Assembly: GCA_903846945.1 (NCBI GenBank)
Contig: CAINCE010000073.1
Span: forward strand, 13,626 to 77,625
Length of the DNA stretch: 64,000 nucleotides
Direction: 5' to 3'
DNA from: an uncultured bacterium
GTDB lineage: Bacteria; Patescibacteriota; Minisyncoccia; Phycocordibacterales; PALSA-1337
A program made the position numbers and the translations under genes. Each line of letters begins with the position of its first letter. The stretch's first letter is position 1. The notes under the pieces were generated by a model, which was given only the letters and a program-made list of their open reading frames with translations, ran no database searches and was not told where the DNA came from. Of the stretch, positions 1 to 10,808 are shown piece by piece.

Positions 1-862
1 CGACTATCGCTGGATAGGAAGCCGTATGATGTGGTGCTCGAAATGGTGGATATACGATGAGGTTGTCATTCAATGTCTGAGCCGCGGAGTGGATGCCAGT
101 CACTTCGACTGACTGCTCATAGGATAGTGGTGGCAAGATACTAGAGAAACTATGAGCCAGCATGGTCTTTCCTGTTCCTGGTGGACCATACATGATGAGG
201 TTGTGTGCACCCGCTGCAGCTATCTCCAGACCTCTCTTCGCTAGTTCGTGGCCGCGGATAGTATGCATATCTATGGTATTTTCTGCTGGATATGACATAT
301 TTTCTTCCCACCTAGGCTCTAGAGATGTGAGAGGAGATGTTCTATTTAGGTGTGCGATGATCTCCACGAGGGAACTCACTACATATATGTTGATACCCTT
401 TGCCAGGGATGCTTCGCGCTCGTTACCTTTGGGGATGAAAGCTTGAGTAAATCCTAGTTTTTCGAGTTGGCACAATATCGGCAGGACACCACTAATTTTC
501 TGAATGCTACCCTCGAGAGAGAGTTCTCCTAGGAACAGCTTGTTATCGTGGTCAAAATCTATCTCCCCTGCGGCTTTGAGGTATGATAGAGCGATGGATA
601 GGTCGAAAGATGGTCCCTCTTTGCGTATATCCGCTGGAGCCAGTGAGACGACGACTTTTTGGTTCTTCTGCTTCGGGGAAACATAGCCGCTGTTCTTGAT
701 CGCGGCGGCGACGCGGTCCTTTGCTTCCTCGACTGCCCTATCCCCGAGTCCGACTATAGAAAATGCATGAAGACCGTTAGATATGTCCACTTCGACATTG
801 ACTATCTCCACATGGAGACCGATGAGTTGTGCGCTATATACTTTTGCTATGCTCACTGACAT
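1..862 (-). CDS. comM: ComM/YifB Mg-chelatase-like AAA+ ATPase (3' end outside window)
   Basis: Manual translation: MSVSIAKVYSAQLIGL..EVDISNGLHAFSIVGLGDRAVEEAKDRV; Walker A GPPGTGKTMLA; FRAPHHTAS motif. Confidence 0.9.
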   Translation of the reverse strand, partial: MSVSIAKVYSAQLIGLHVEIVNVEVDISNGLHAFSIVGLGDRAVEEAKDRVAAAIKNSGYVSPKQKNQKVVVSLAPADIRKEGPSFDLSIALSYLKAAGEIDFDHDNKLFLGELSLEGSIQKISGVLPILCQLEKLGFTQAFIPKGNEREASLAKGINIYVVSSLVEIIAHLNRTSPLTSLEPRWEENMSYPAENTIDMHTIRGHELAKRGLEIAAAGAHNLIMYGPPGTGKTMLAHSFSSILPPLSYEQSVEVTGIHSAAQTLNDNLIVYPPFRAPHHTASYPAIV

Positions 863-983
863 AGCATATCAGAGAGAGATAAAATCCTGATAAAAAAAGA
901 ATGAAGGAATGATAAAAAAAGGTTCAAATTTTGATAAAATAATAATGAAGGAAAATAAAACGGGCTAAACCCGTTTCATGTCT

Positions 984-1349
984 TTATTCGTGGCTGTGCT
1001 TTATGGAAACCCTGGCTGATGGATTTGCTTCCAAACGGTCCTTTTCTATAGGTTTACCGCAGGTTTCGCATATTCCATAGGTGCCTTTGGCGACGCGATC
1101 TAGGGCGGCGTTGACTTCCTTAAGTTGGCTATCGAGTTTACTAACAATATGGCGGTTACCTTCGTATTCTTCTAGTTTGTCGGCTACTTCATTTTCGTCT
1201 GCTTTGTCGACTTCCATATCTCGAGTGGATGCTTCCCAACCATTTACGGCAGATGAACTCTTTTCTCCGATAGAAGACAGCTCGCCTTCGAGTTCAGCCT
1301 TTTCTGCTAATAATTGCTTCTTGAAGATATCGGTTTCTGTTGTATTCAT
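984..1349 (-). CDS. DksA/TraR C4-type zinc finger protein
   Basis: Coiled coil followed by YGICETCGKPIEKDRLEANP. Confidence 0.85.
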   Translation of the reverse strand: MNTTETDIFKKQLLAEKAELEGELSSIGEKSSSAVNGWEASTRDMEVDKADENEVADKLEEYEGNRHIVSKLDSQLKEVNAALDRVAKGTYGICETCGKPIEKDRLEANPSARVSIKHSHE

Positions 1350-1361
1350 GATGATTGAATA

Positions 1362-3020
1362 TTACCGCATGAAGGCCCCTTTTTCAAGTCTGGCGATGAT
1401 CTCTGTTAGGGTGGCTTCGTTGCTCGTTATTACCAGTTTGGCATTATCTATAAAGGAATATAGGAAAATGATGTTCCCATCAGAAGAAACAAACTCTCTT
1501 ACATCTTTGTTTTTTATGATTTTGTCAACAAACTTTCCTTTGATGGTCGTATAAGGTGTGAGTGGTGTAATGGTATCGATAGTTGAGGATGATGTTGATG
1601 TTGAGGTGGTTGATGCTAGTGATCTGGTGCTGGTGGATATGACATTTTTTACTACAGTTTTCGGTGTAGTTTTAGGAGTAGTGGAAGCAATTTTTTTAGT
1701 GGTCGTCGTTGTAGTTGCGGATGTCGCTGTAGAAGTTGCTGTTGATGTACTGACCATACTCGCTGGAAGGATAGAGTCGATATTTTGTAGAGGATTGGAA
1801 ATCAGTGTCGTCGGAGTGTTAGCGATACCCATCACAGAAGTTGGATAGAGGTATAGTTTCAGATCATCAGATATAACACTCTCCCATGACAACATGCCTG
1901 CAAATGCATTTTGAAAGAAATTGTTCGTGATGACGACGAAGGTGCTGGTCTTGTTCTGTTTGTCGGTATATGTTCCCAACATCCAATTCGCGGTCAATGA
2001 CCTTGTCAACATGTTTGGTGCCGGGATATCCATGAGGGCGACCATCTCATTTGCCGTGACACGGGTCTTGATGTTTTTCACTGTTACATAGGGAATAATT
2101 TCCTGGATGGTACCTGCTGGTTTCGGTGAAGAAATCAATGCCCTCAGCTTAGTGAGGACGGCGTTGGTAGTTAGGCCATCGACTGCCAGAGTGATCTGTG
2201 AATCACTGGGTATGAGTGATACTGGAGCTGCTGTTTGCTGAATGACTGGTGTTTTACTCGGTGCTAGGGGACTGATGCTGTACAGATAATACGCTCCTAT
2301 AATGCCAGCGCCGATCAGGATGAGACTGAGTATCGCTAGCAGACTCTTTCTTCCGGAATTCGTAGAGTCTTTGTGAACTATCACAGCCTCTTCACCTGTT
2401 TCTTTTTTGTTTTCCGCAATGACCATTTCTGTGGTCGAGGTTCCCTTCTCAGTGATTACCTGAGCTACGTCGCTCTCATAAGTCCTTATAGAACTGATGC
2501 CTGGAACAGTCTTCTCTGCTTGTGGTATATATGAGTATGCAGAAGATTTTTGTAGGGCCTCTTCCGGCACAAAAGTTCTAGGGGTAGGAGTTATCGGTGC
2601 AGCGGGTATTGAGTTTGTCGTTGTGGTGGGAGTCTCTCTAGTTGATAAAGGAAAGTTTTGTTTTGTTGCCATCATCGGTGCTTCTGTGGTCGGCTTGGCG
2701 TAAGCATGAACTACGCTGCCCTTCGTGTCGGGGGCAGCTGTCATAGAATACACCTTCAGTGAGGGAGTTTCTTGGGACGGTATCGCTTTCTTGGGTATTG
2801 GAATTATCGGTTGAGGTTCTGGAGCTGGTTCTACCGCCTTATCTGGATCGATCGGTGATATGTTGAGGTCAGGTGTGATCTCAAAGACTTGTTCGGATTT
2901 GGTGGTCAGATCATCAGCATCATCATTCTTTGTAGAAGATGTATTCCCTGAATCCGTCATGCTATCTTTTGGAGTCGATCCGTCTATTTGAGGTTCCAAT
3001 ATTATATTGTCGTCATCCAT
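1362..3020 (-). CDS. Hypothetical single-pass membrane protein, Pro/Thr-rich
   Basis: 552-aa ORF with one TM segment (LLAILSLILIGAGIIGAYYLY) and low-complexity Thr tracts. Confidence 0.75.
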   Translation of the reverse strand: MDDDNIILEPQIDGSTPKDSMTDSGNTSSTKNDDADDLTTKSEQVFEITPDLNISPIDPDKAVEPAPEPQPIIPIPKKAIPSQETPSLKVYSMTAAPDTKGSVVHAYAKPTTEAPMMATKQNFPLSTRETPTTTTNSIPAAPITPTPRTFVPEEALQKSSAYSYIPQAEKTVPGISSIRTYESDVAQVITEKGTSTTEMVIAENKKETGEEAVIVHKDSTNSGRKSLLAILSLILIGAGIIGAYYLYSISPLAPSKTPVIQQTAAPVSLIPSDSQITLAVDGLTTNAVLTKLRALISSPKPAGTIQEIIPYVTVKNIKTRVTANEMVALMDIPAPNMLTRSLTANWMLGTYTDKQNKTSTFVVITNNFFQNAFAGMLSWESVISDDLKLYLYPTSVMGIANTPTTLISNPLQNIDSILPASMVSTSTATSTATSATTTTTTKKIASTTPKTTPKTVVKNVISTSTRSLASTTSTSTSSSTIDTITPLTPYTTIKGKFVDKIIKNKDVREFVSSDGNIIFLYSFIDNAKLVITSNEATLTEIIARLEKGAFMR

Positions 3021-3136
3021 TGATTAATAGTATAGCGTCGAACGAGGGTTTGTGGAAGTCCAGCTTTACACAGAACCCGAGTGAAGACGATATATGAACT
3101 TTTCGATTATAGTGCCAAGTGGGGATTTGTGAAAGT

Positions 3137-5350
3137 TTAGTACCTCTTTGTGAATGGCTTTTTCACCATAGGAGTTTCTTCCTTCTTTGTAAAGAAGTCT
3201 GGATTTGCACCCTTGATGGACAGATTGATCCTGCCCTTGTCGTCGACCTCCTTCACAACTACTGGCACCTTGTCACCTTCTTTCAGGTATGTAGTGACTC
3301 TCTCGACTCGGAATGGAGCTATCTCAGAAACATGTACGAGACCCTCAGCATTGGCACCGATCTTCACAAATGCTCCAAAGTCCATGAGTCTCGTGACTTC
3401 CCCGTCGAACTTTTCACCGGGCATATACTCACGAGTCATGCCGATGATGATCTCTTTTGCTTTTTGTGCAGTCTCATTCTTACCTGTGATGAATATGGCG
3501 CCATCATCTTCTATGGTGATGTCTTCTACACCCGTGACATCACGGATCTCATTGATCGTCTTTCCTCCAGAACCGATGACTAGACCGATTTGTTCAGGCT
3601 TGATCCTTATAACTAGTATCTCTGGCGCATTTACAGATATTTTTGCACGAGGTGCAGCGATCTCATTTTCTATAACATCCAATATCTTGAAACGAGCGGC
3701 TTTGGCTTTTTCGAAGGCTTCGCTGAGGATCTTTAGTGGGATACCGCCAACCTTCACATCCATCTGTACGGCCGTGATACCATTTCGTGTACCCGCAACT
3801 TTGAAATCCATATCACCATGATGATCTTCTGGTCCTTGGATGTCAGTTAATACTTTGTATTCGAGTTCACTGCTACTCATTGGGTCACGAGGGGAGGATT
3901 CGGAAATCTTACCCTCTGGTTTACCTACAGTGCTTTTTTTTGCTTTTCTCATCATGAGGCCAGATGCGATACCAGCAACTGGTGCCTTTATCGGAACTCC
4001 CCCGTCCATGAGTGCGAGTGTTGAGCCGCAAACTGAGCCCATAGAAGTTGAGCCATTCGAAGCAAATGCTTCAGAAACGAGTCTTATCGTATATGGGAAT
4101 TTGTCTTTTTCTGGGATTACTGGGACGAGCGCTTTTTCTGCGAGTGCGCCGTGGCCTATCATGCGACGATTCGTCCCTCCGACTCTCCCTGTCTCGCCAG
4201 TCGAGAATGGTGGGAAGTTGTAGTGATGCATGAACCTTTTGTTTTCTGTAAGGCTCAATCCTTCTACTACTTGTGCGTCTCCAGGAGAACCTAGTGTGAG
4301 TGTTGACATGATGTGTGTTCCACCTCTGTAAAATATTCCTGAACCATGCAATATAGATGAGATTCCGCCAGCTTGGGCAAATAGTGGTCGCACATCGTCC
4401 ATTCCACGGCCGTCTGCGCGCTTGTTACCATCTATAGCACCATCATGGAGGAGGTCATTTACTGCTTCTTCGAACACTTCTTGGGCCATCATCGTATCGC
4501 CTTCGGGCATCTTTTCCTTGAACAATGTTGCCCATTCACCATTTATCTCGGATATTTTTGCGTGTCCTGGGACTTTGCTAAATATGAATTTCTCCATTTT
4601 AGGAGAGATCTCCTTGTCGAATAGCTCTTTCGTACCAGGAGTTGGTTCCTTGATCGCGACTTCTGCCTTTGGTTTACCTATCTCTGCGACGATCTTTGAT
4701 TGCCAGGCTTGTATCTTTTCTATTTCGGTGGAGGACAATTTAAGAGCCTCATTCAATGTGCTCTCAGAAACTTCTTTACTAGCTACTTCGATCATGTTGA
4801 TCATGCCGTCTTTACCACAAGCGACCATCTCTAAACTAACACCTAGGTCCTCGCGAACTTTGTAGTCAGGGTTGATGAGCCATTCGCTATTTTTTGCTAT
4901 ACGAACTGCAGATGCAGGTCCATTCCATGGTATATCTGATACTCCGAGCGCTAGTGATGAGGCGATAACTGCGACTACATCTGGGTCATCTTGACCTATG
5001 GCGAGTGTCGTAACTATAACCTGAACTTCATTTCGCATGCGTTGATTGAATAATGGGCGTATCGTACGATCTACTATTCGACCAGAAAGGATAGCATCAG
5101 TTGATGGTCTACCCTCTCGACGCATGAATCTCGACCCCAATATTTTACCAGTTGCATAAAACCTCTCTTCGAAGTCTACTGTTAGCGGGAAAAAGTCTCC
5201 GTCTTTGAGTCCTCCCATACATGCTGTTGCTAATAATGCAGTTTCTCCATAACGAACGATGACGGAACCATTGGTCTGGTCAGCGAGGTCGTTGAACTCA
5301 GCAGAAAGTGTCTTCCCGCCTATCTCGATCGAATATTGTTTTTTGTTCAT
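3137..5350 (-). CDS. pnp: Polyribonucleotide nucleotidyltransferase (PNPase)
   Basis: DFFPLTVDFEER, RREGRP, HHYNFPPFSTGE, GDMDFKVAGT, KH and S1 domains. Confidence 0.98.
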   Translation of the reverse strand: MNKKQYSIEIGGKTLSAEFNDLADQTNGSVIVRYGETALLATACMGGLKDGDFFPLTVDFEERFYATGKILGSRFMRREGRPSTDAILSGRIVDRTIRPLFNQRMRNEVQVIVTTLAIGQDDPDVVAVIASSLALGVSDIPWNGPASAVRIAKNSEWLINPDYKVREDLGVSLEMVACGKDGMINMIEVASKEVSESTLNEALKLSSTEIEKIQAWQSKIVAEIGKPKAEVAIKEPTPGTKELFDKEISPKMEKFIFSKVPGHAKISEINGEWATLFKEKMPEGDTMMAQEVFEEAVNDLLHDGAIDGNKRADGRGMDDVRPLFAQAGGISSILHGSGIFYRGGTHIMSTLTLGSPGDAQVVEGLSLTENKRFMHHYNFPPFSTGETGRVGGTNRRMIGHGALAEKALVPVIPEKDKFPYTIRLVSEAFASNGSTSMGSVCGSTLALMDGGVPIKAPVAGIASGLMMRKAKKSTVGKPEGKISESSPRDPMSSSELEYKVLTDIQGPEDHHGDMDFKVAGTRNGITAVQMDVKVGGIPLKILSEAFEKAKAARFKILDVIENEIAAPRAKISVNAPEILVIRIKPEQIGLVIGSGGKTINEIRDVTGVEDITIEDDGAIFITGKNETAQKAKEIIIGMTREYMPGEKFDGEVTRLMDFGAFVKIGANAEGLVHVSEIAPFRVERVTTYLKEGDKVPVVVKEVDDKGRINLSIKGANPDFFTKKEETPMVKKPFTKRY

Positions 5351-5629
5351 AAGTTTTTAGCAAGGTTCCACCTTGCTAGTTCGCCTACAGATTTCAGACT
5401 TGGGTCCGCTCTAAGTAAGCGGTCAAACCTGTCTATCTGGAGGCGAGTTAATCTATTAATAAATGTGCTTTCTCGTCACGCCGTAGCTTTGTGCGGAGGC
5501 GGACTAGTGGTTCAAATGTAGCAGAAATGAATGGAAATTGCCATTGCCCCCAATGTGGTTGGGGGATGCTTTACGAACCACGCACTGTATCCTGATACGA
5601 ATTGATGCCACTCTAGTTTTCTGTTAGGG

Positions 5630-7153
5630 CTATTTAAAATGATTCAATGTATAGTCAATGAGAGCTCCTGCATCAGTTTTCTCGTCTGGTGATTTGAGGA
5701 TGATAGTGACGATCGGTCTCTTCGTGTTTCCGACTGGAAACTCGAATACAGATAGATTGGACTCGGCAGCTGCTGTAGTTTTTCCATTCTTGCCACCGAA
5801 GAAATACTCATTCTCGATGAAGTCGTTGAAATTACCAAGATCAGAGAATCCACTGGCGCCATAGGCGTTATCTTTGAGCTTGCCTGAAGTAATATTGAAT
5901 ATAAAACTGCGATTATTGTAGATATATTTAGCAAGCATGAACAAATCCTCGGCTGTTGAAATGTTGTCTTCCGAAGCGCCAGACGGATCAGTGAAATGGC
6001 TATGCGTCATGCCTATGGAGGCAGCCTTATCATTCATGTGTCGAATGAAATCGTCTCGTCCATAATATCGGGCTATAGTTTCTGCTGCCTCATTTGAGGA
6101 TTCCATCAGCAGAGGGAAAAGAAGCTGGTAGATAGTGTATTGCTGTCCCGGTTTCAACCGAGCTTTGGACGTATAGATTATAGCCGCTTTGGGTACAGTC
6201 GCAGTATTGTCTATGTTTATGTATTCTGTTGCTACCAATGCGGTAACTAATTTTGTGATAGATGCGATAGGTACAGATTCTGTGGAATTCTTGCTTGTGA
6301 AAACGTGATTGTTCTGTAGGTCAGCAGAAAGATATATAGGTGCAGAAAGTGACAGAACACTGTCTACGTACGAGAAATTATCAGGTGAAAAACTTTGTTC
6401 GAAGACGAGTACGGGAGTCCCAACGTCAATGGCATCGTAAACCTTTTCCGCGTCGTTGGTATCTAAACGTATGCATCCGCCCGTGTAGGCTTTTGATGTG
6501 AGGGTGCCATCCGGGTAATACGTTCGGCCGTGAATATAGAAATTTCCTTGGAAATTCATACTCCATGGCATCCAAACATGTCCCATTCCAGAAAAGTGAG
6601 ATTTTTCTTTACTACTGATTTTGTATAATCCTGCAGGAGTTTCCCACCATGAACCGGGCCGTCCTTTTGTAACGATTGGTACTTCCAAAACCAAAGTACC
6701 CTCTTTGTACGCTTGAATTTTCATTGCAGATAGATCAGCTTCAAGAAAATCAGCCTTACTATCGATAAATTGCTGTTTGACCTTGCCGAAAAAGTCAGGA
6801 TTAGATAAAGCTGGTTGCGCACCGTATGTAAATTGAACTTGTTGCAATGGCGGAGTTTCAGGAAGATTTACTGTATAGTTGAGAGTTTTATTTCCATAAG
6901 CGTAGGAAAATCCTCCAATGCCCATAACTGTTAATATGATAAGTATGATTGTTACGGCCGCTGGAACTTCTGAATGCAGAGTTCTCCAGAAGGAAAAGTG
7001 ACCAAGTTTCCCAGGAAATGAACTGTAGTAAAAGGCTTCTTTAATGTCGTCTTCAGTCCATCCATCCATAATTAGTTCGTTGCGGATTGCATCTATTGGC
7101 ATACCTGCACATTGTCTCGTTGTCACATGATTTACGAGTTGCTTATGATACAT
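5630..7153 (-). CDS. L,D-transpeptidase (YkuD) / D-Ala-D-Ala carboxypeptidase (S11) fusion
   Basis: IHG..GGCIRL in the N-terminal half; ASITK (SxxK), SSN (SxN) and KNG in the C-terminal half; N-terminal TM helix. Confidence 0.8.
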   Translation of the reverse strand: MYHKQLVNHVTTRQCAGMPIDAIRNELIMDGWTEDDIKEAFYYSSFPGKLGHFSFWRTLHSEVPAAVTIILIILTVMGIGGFSYAYGNKTLNYTVNLPETPPLQQVQFTYGAQPALSNPDFFGKVKQQFIDSKADFLEADLSAMKIQAYKEGTLVLEVPIVTKGRPGSWWETPAGLYKISSKEKSHFSGMGHVWMPWSMNFQGNFYIHGRTYYPDGTLTSKAYTGGCIRLDTNDAEKVYDAIDVGTPVLVFEQSFSPDNFSYVDSVLSLSAPIYLSADLQNNHVFTSKNSTESVPIASITKLVTALVATEYINIDNTATVPKAAIIYTSKARLKPGQQYTIYQLLFPLLMESSNEAAETIARYYGRDDFIRHMNDKAASIGMTHSHFTDPSGASEDNISTAEDLFMLAKYIYNNRSFIFNITSGKLKDNAYGASGFSDLGNFNDFIENEYFFGGKNGKTTAAAESNLSVFEFPVGNTKRPIVTIILKSPDEKTDAGALIDYTLNHFK

Positions 7154-7317
7154 GATATTATGCTAATAGTAACAAAATTTAACCAATTATGGAAAGGACA
7201 AAACATGTATAGAATAGTAGTCAGTGCAATTGCAATTTTAAAAAGGAAGCCTTGGTAGTTTCGGATAATACGGTCCGTTCATTTCCCAGAAAAGTGTCGA
7301 AGCATACCGGGAGAGTA

Positions 7318-7569
7318 TTAAGAATAATGATGACTTCTCGGTGAAACTTGCACAGGTTCCGCGCTCCAAACTTTGCGAAATTCATCCATATCCCTATGCA
7401 GGCAGATATATCTGATGCAATTCAGACTGAATTCGTCAATGTTCTCTGAAAACAGAGCATGTATCATGAGGAGAGCTTCTTCCTTGTCGACCTTACCCTC
7501 CTGGTTGGCCTTGAAGATCAATTCTACTAACTCAAAAACATTGTCCACTTCTTTTGTATTTGTGTACAT
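7318..7569 (-). CDS. Hypothetical protein
   Basis: 83-aa ATG ORF directly downstream of the Bro-N gene. Confidence 0.5.
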   Translation of the reverse strand: MYTNTKEVDNVFELVELIFKANQEGKVDKEEALLMIHALFSENIDEFSLNCIRYICLHRDMDEFRKVWSAEPVQVSPRSHHYS

Positions 7570-7594
7570 TGAATTATATTTAGATTAATAATGC

Positions 7595-8425
7595 TCACTT
7601 ACTACTTTTTAACTTTTTGTTCTCCACATTATTCAAAAAATTCTTCTTAGAAACCACTGATCGTCCTAACTTTTCTTCTAGCTTTCTGCGTGCTCCACCA
7701 GCAATGTCACCACCAGCTCGTGCGTCACTCTGTAATTTTGGTATACCTTTCGAATCTTCGTTTCGGTGTATCTCTGTTGTTGCGCGTTCACCGAGCATGT
7801 TAAATATGAGTTCGAAATCATCCATGTGATCACGTAGGTTTTCTCTTTCTAGACCTTTCAGTTCTTTGTACTCACTAGGAGTGACACCGAATGTAGCCTT
7901 GGATATTTCGGCAGTCAGGATTTCGTAGTCTCTCTGTTCCTTTGCTCCCCTATTCTTCCATTCATCGGTAAGTTCCTCGCGTATAACGATGCCACGCATG
8001 CGTTTTTCGATCCATGAGTCGCTGTAACCTTTGGATTTATACATGGCACGAGTCCTCTTGGTAGCAAGTTCGGGATCTTCGATCTCTTGGATGCGCTCGT
8101 ATCCAACTCTCGCGAGCCAACGTTTTAATGGTTCCAATTTTGGCGATGGGATAGACTGGATAATTCGAAATACACCTTCTGCATTAGCACAATCCGTTTC
8201 ATATTTTTTACCATCGGTAGCTTCCAATTTCAGTCCGTGACAAATTGTCACGACCTCACTTCCTTCTTCAATGAGTCTCTGTTTAAGTTTCCTCCAATAG
8301 GCTCCTGGGTCGTTACTGTTTGTAAGAATTCCGCAAATATCAACAAGAGATAACCACCACTCATTGTTATGAATGATTTTACGTATCCCTAAGCCTTGGA
8401 ATAATGCAATCTTTTGAATTTCCAT
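7595..8425 (-). CDS. Bro-N domain protein (phage antirepressor-like)
   Basis: IRK..HNNEWWLSLVDI..YWRKLKQRL..RIIQSIPSPK.EP.KRWLA..ENLRDHM. Confidence 0.85.
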   Translation of the reverse strand: MEIQKIALFQGLGIRKIIHNNEWWLSLVDICGILTNSNDPGAYWRKLKQRLIEEGSEVVTICHGLKLEATDGKKYETDCANAEGVFRIIQSIPSPKLEPLKRWLARVGYERIQEIEDPELATKRTRAMYKSKGYSDSWIEKRMRGIVIREELTDEWKNRGAKEQRDYEILTAEISKATFGVTPSEYKELKGLERENLRDHMDDFELIFNMLGERATTEIHRNEDSKGIPKLQSDARAGGDIAGGARRKLEEKLGRSVVSKKNFLNNVENKKLKSSK

Positions 8426-8509
8426 CCCTCAATTATACTACCCAAAAAATTCTTGGGAACTTCCGTCGTCAAATATTTTGTTTCCTAGTGCAAAAATACA
8501 AAAAATTTC

Positions 8510-9034
8510 TTATTTCTTCCCTCCGCCACCTCGTAGCAAGTATTTATTTGGACTCTCGTCTAGGTCCATGAAATGATCTGTAGCCTCGATGAGTTTTGCT
8601 GATGTAGATTTGCCGAATGAGACTACTTCAACTTGGCATCCCTGATTCATCTGTAGATATTCTACGAGTGGTACGAAGTCCCCGTCACCTGTTATGAGTA
8701 TGACCGCATCTAGCTTCGGTGATAGTTTGACTGCATCTATGGCGAGACCAACATCCCAGTCAGCTTTCTTTGCACCGGAACTGAAGATTTGGAGGTCTTT
8801 GACCTTTGTTTCGATACCCATTTTGGTAAGTGCGTCGAAAAAGGCATTTTCTTCACCTGATTCTGTGGCGATGACATATGCGACGGCACGAACGAGTTTG
8901 CGCCCGTCCATGGCATCTTTCACTATCTGACCAAAGTTAACCTTTGAATGATAGAGATTCTTGGCACTGTGATATAGATTTTGTGCGTCTATAAATATTC
9001 CGACGCGTTGTTCTTTGTGTTTGATGATAGACAT
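8510..9034 (-). CDS. NYN domain (LabA/DUF88) protein
   Basis: IFIDAQNLY, KADWDVGLAID, TGDGDFVPL. Confidence 0.9.
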   Translation of the reverse strand: MSIIKHKEQRVGIFIDAQNLYHSAKNLYHSKVNFGQIVKDAMDGRKLVRAVAYVIATESGEENAFFDALTKMGIETKVKDLQIFSSGAKKADWDVGLAIDAVKLSPKLDAVILITGDGDFVPLVEYLQMNQGCQVEVVSFGKSTSAKLIEATDHFMDLDESPNKYLLRGGGGKK

Positions 9035-9135
9035 GATAGTTAATGATATCCGCCAGCTGGCGGAGAAAAATCAAAATGGAAAATATGCCAAATTAATTTA
9101 TCGATTTTATTAATTGATTAGTTAGTTGAATAGAT

Positions 9136-9438
9136 TTATATAAAATATCGTTGTATTCCGAGCTCGATAATATAGGAAAGGAATCCGCCCACGAATATAA
9201 CTAGCATTGATGTCGTCACCGAGTATTTTTGAATGAGTGTGAGTACGAGATATGCTCCGATGATGGCGACTGCGTAACCTATAGTTCCAAAAACTGTAAG
9301 TAAAGTGAGGCCGCTCATTATTATAGAAATAAAGATCGACCTACCAAAGCTATTTTCCTCGTCATGCTGTGAAAAATACAACACAACAAAATAGCCTAGG
9401 AAACTCGCGATGATAATTTGTATCGTGGTTTGGTCCAC
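9136..9438 (-). CDS. Small membrane protein
   Basis: 100-aa hydrophobic ORF with several TM segments. Confidence 0.6.
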   Translation of the reverse strand: MDQTTIQIIIASFLGYFVVLYFSQHDEENSFGRSIFISIIMSGLTLLTVFGTIGYAVAIIGAYLVLTLIQKYSVTTSMLVIFVGGFLSYIIELGIQRYFI

Positions 9439-9489
9439 GGATATAGTATAGCGAGAAGTGAGGAATTATGAAAGCGAAGCGATCTTGTC

Positions 9490-9756
9490 CTATTTCTTCA
9501 AATCCAACTGTTTGATGATGGAAGAATAGCGTCGAGGGTAGTTCTTTTTGAGGTAAGCTAGATGTGTCTGACGGTCAGCAACCATGCCTAGAAGACCGCG
9601 TCTGGAGTGGTTATCTTTGCGGTGTTTCTTCAGGTGGCCAGTCAATTCGTTGATTCTCTTGGTCAATAAAGCTACTTGAACTTCCGGAGAACCAGTATCC
9701 TTCTCGTGGACGCCTGATTCCTTGATGATTTTGATCTTTTGTCTCGGTGTTAACAT
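9490..9756 (-). CDS. rpsO: 30S ribosomal protein S15
   Basis: [29 protein letters not shown]; start moved to ATG 9756. Confidence 0.97.
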   Translation of the reverse strand: MLTPRQKIKIIKESGVHEKDTGSPEVQVALLTKRINELTGHLKKHRKDNHSRRGLLGMVADRQTHLAYLKKNYPRRYSSIIKQLDLKK

Positions 9757-9819
9757 GAAAATGATATTAGCATGAATGTTTGGTGAGCGCAAATTTGTAT
9801 GCAATGCTACAATATCCTC

Positions 9820-10743
9820 ATGTCGCACAATATTTCCGAAATGAAACAGCAGTTTCTCGAATACATCGAGATAGAAAGAGGTCGTAGTGTAAAGACTGTG
9901 GAGAATTACGATCGATATTTAAGAAGGTTTATCGACCATACAAAGGTAAAGAAGGCTGGCGATGTCACTCCAGAGATGGTCCGTGAATTCAGATTGTGGC
10001 TAAATAGGCAGTCAACGGGCAATATCCGTTCAACGGGTGACACATTGAAGAAGAAGACTCAGAACTATTATTTGATCGCTCTACGGGCATTTCTAAAGTT
10101 TCTCGCAAAGAAAGGTGTGAAGTCGTTAGCTCCCGAGCAGATCGAGTTGGCAAAGGTTGGTGATAGATCACTCGATCTCATCACAACTGGAGAATTGGAG
10201 AGACTCCTCAAAGCTCCAGAAGGCAACGAACTACAGGTACTCCGAGATAGGGCCATTCTCCAACTACTATTTTCAACAGGTTTACGCGTATCTGAGCTCA
10301 CTTCCCTCTCATCTGACCTCGATCTTTCATCGGACGAATTCACCGTGCGAGGTAAAGGAGATAAAACCCGTGTGGTGTTCATGTCTGATGATGCGAAAGA
10401 TGCCCTGAAGAAGTATTTGGCGAAGCGTACTGATGTGGACGATGCGATGTTCGTGCGTATTCCAGGAAATGAGATGCGTGGTGTGAAAGGTGGAGCAGGG
10501 CTGACTCGTCGATCTATCGAAAGGATAGTAAAAAAGTATGCAGTGAAGGCTGGAATCTCGAAAAAAGTCACTCCTCATGTCATGCGTCACATGTTCGCGA
10601 CAGATCTATTGCGAAATGGTGCTGACCTCCGTTCTGTGCAAATGCTCCTCGGTCATGCGAATATCGGGACGACGCAGATATATACGCACGTGACTGACAG
10701 CGAACTCAAGAGAGTTCACAAGCAGTTCCATAACAAGAAGTAA
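9820..10743 (+). CDS. XerC/D-family tyrosine recombinase
   Basis: [40 protein letters not shown]. Confidence 0.92.
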   Translation: MSHNISEMKQQFLEYIEIERGRSVKTVENYDRYLRRFIDHTKVKKAGDVTPEMVREFRLWLNRQSTGNIRSTGDTLKKKTQNYYLIALRAFLKFLAKKGVKSLAPEQIELAKVGDRSLDLITTGELERLLKAPEGNELQVLRDRAILQLLFSTGLRVSELTSLSSDLDLSSDEFTVRGKGDKTRVVFMSDDAKDALKKYLAKRTDVDDAMFVRIPGNEMRGVKGGAGLTRRSIERIVKKYAVKAGISKKVTPHVMRHMFATDLLRNGADLRSVQMLLGHANIGTTQIYTHVTDSELKRVHKQFHNKK

Positions 10744-10808
10744 AGTATCATTAGTAAGGTTCCACCTTGCTATCTAGCCGAAGTTCAATATTCTGCTATG
10801 ATTGGTAT

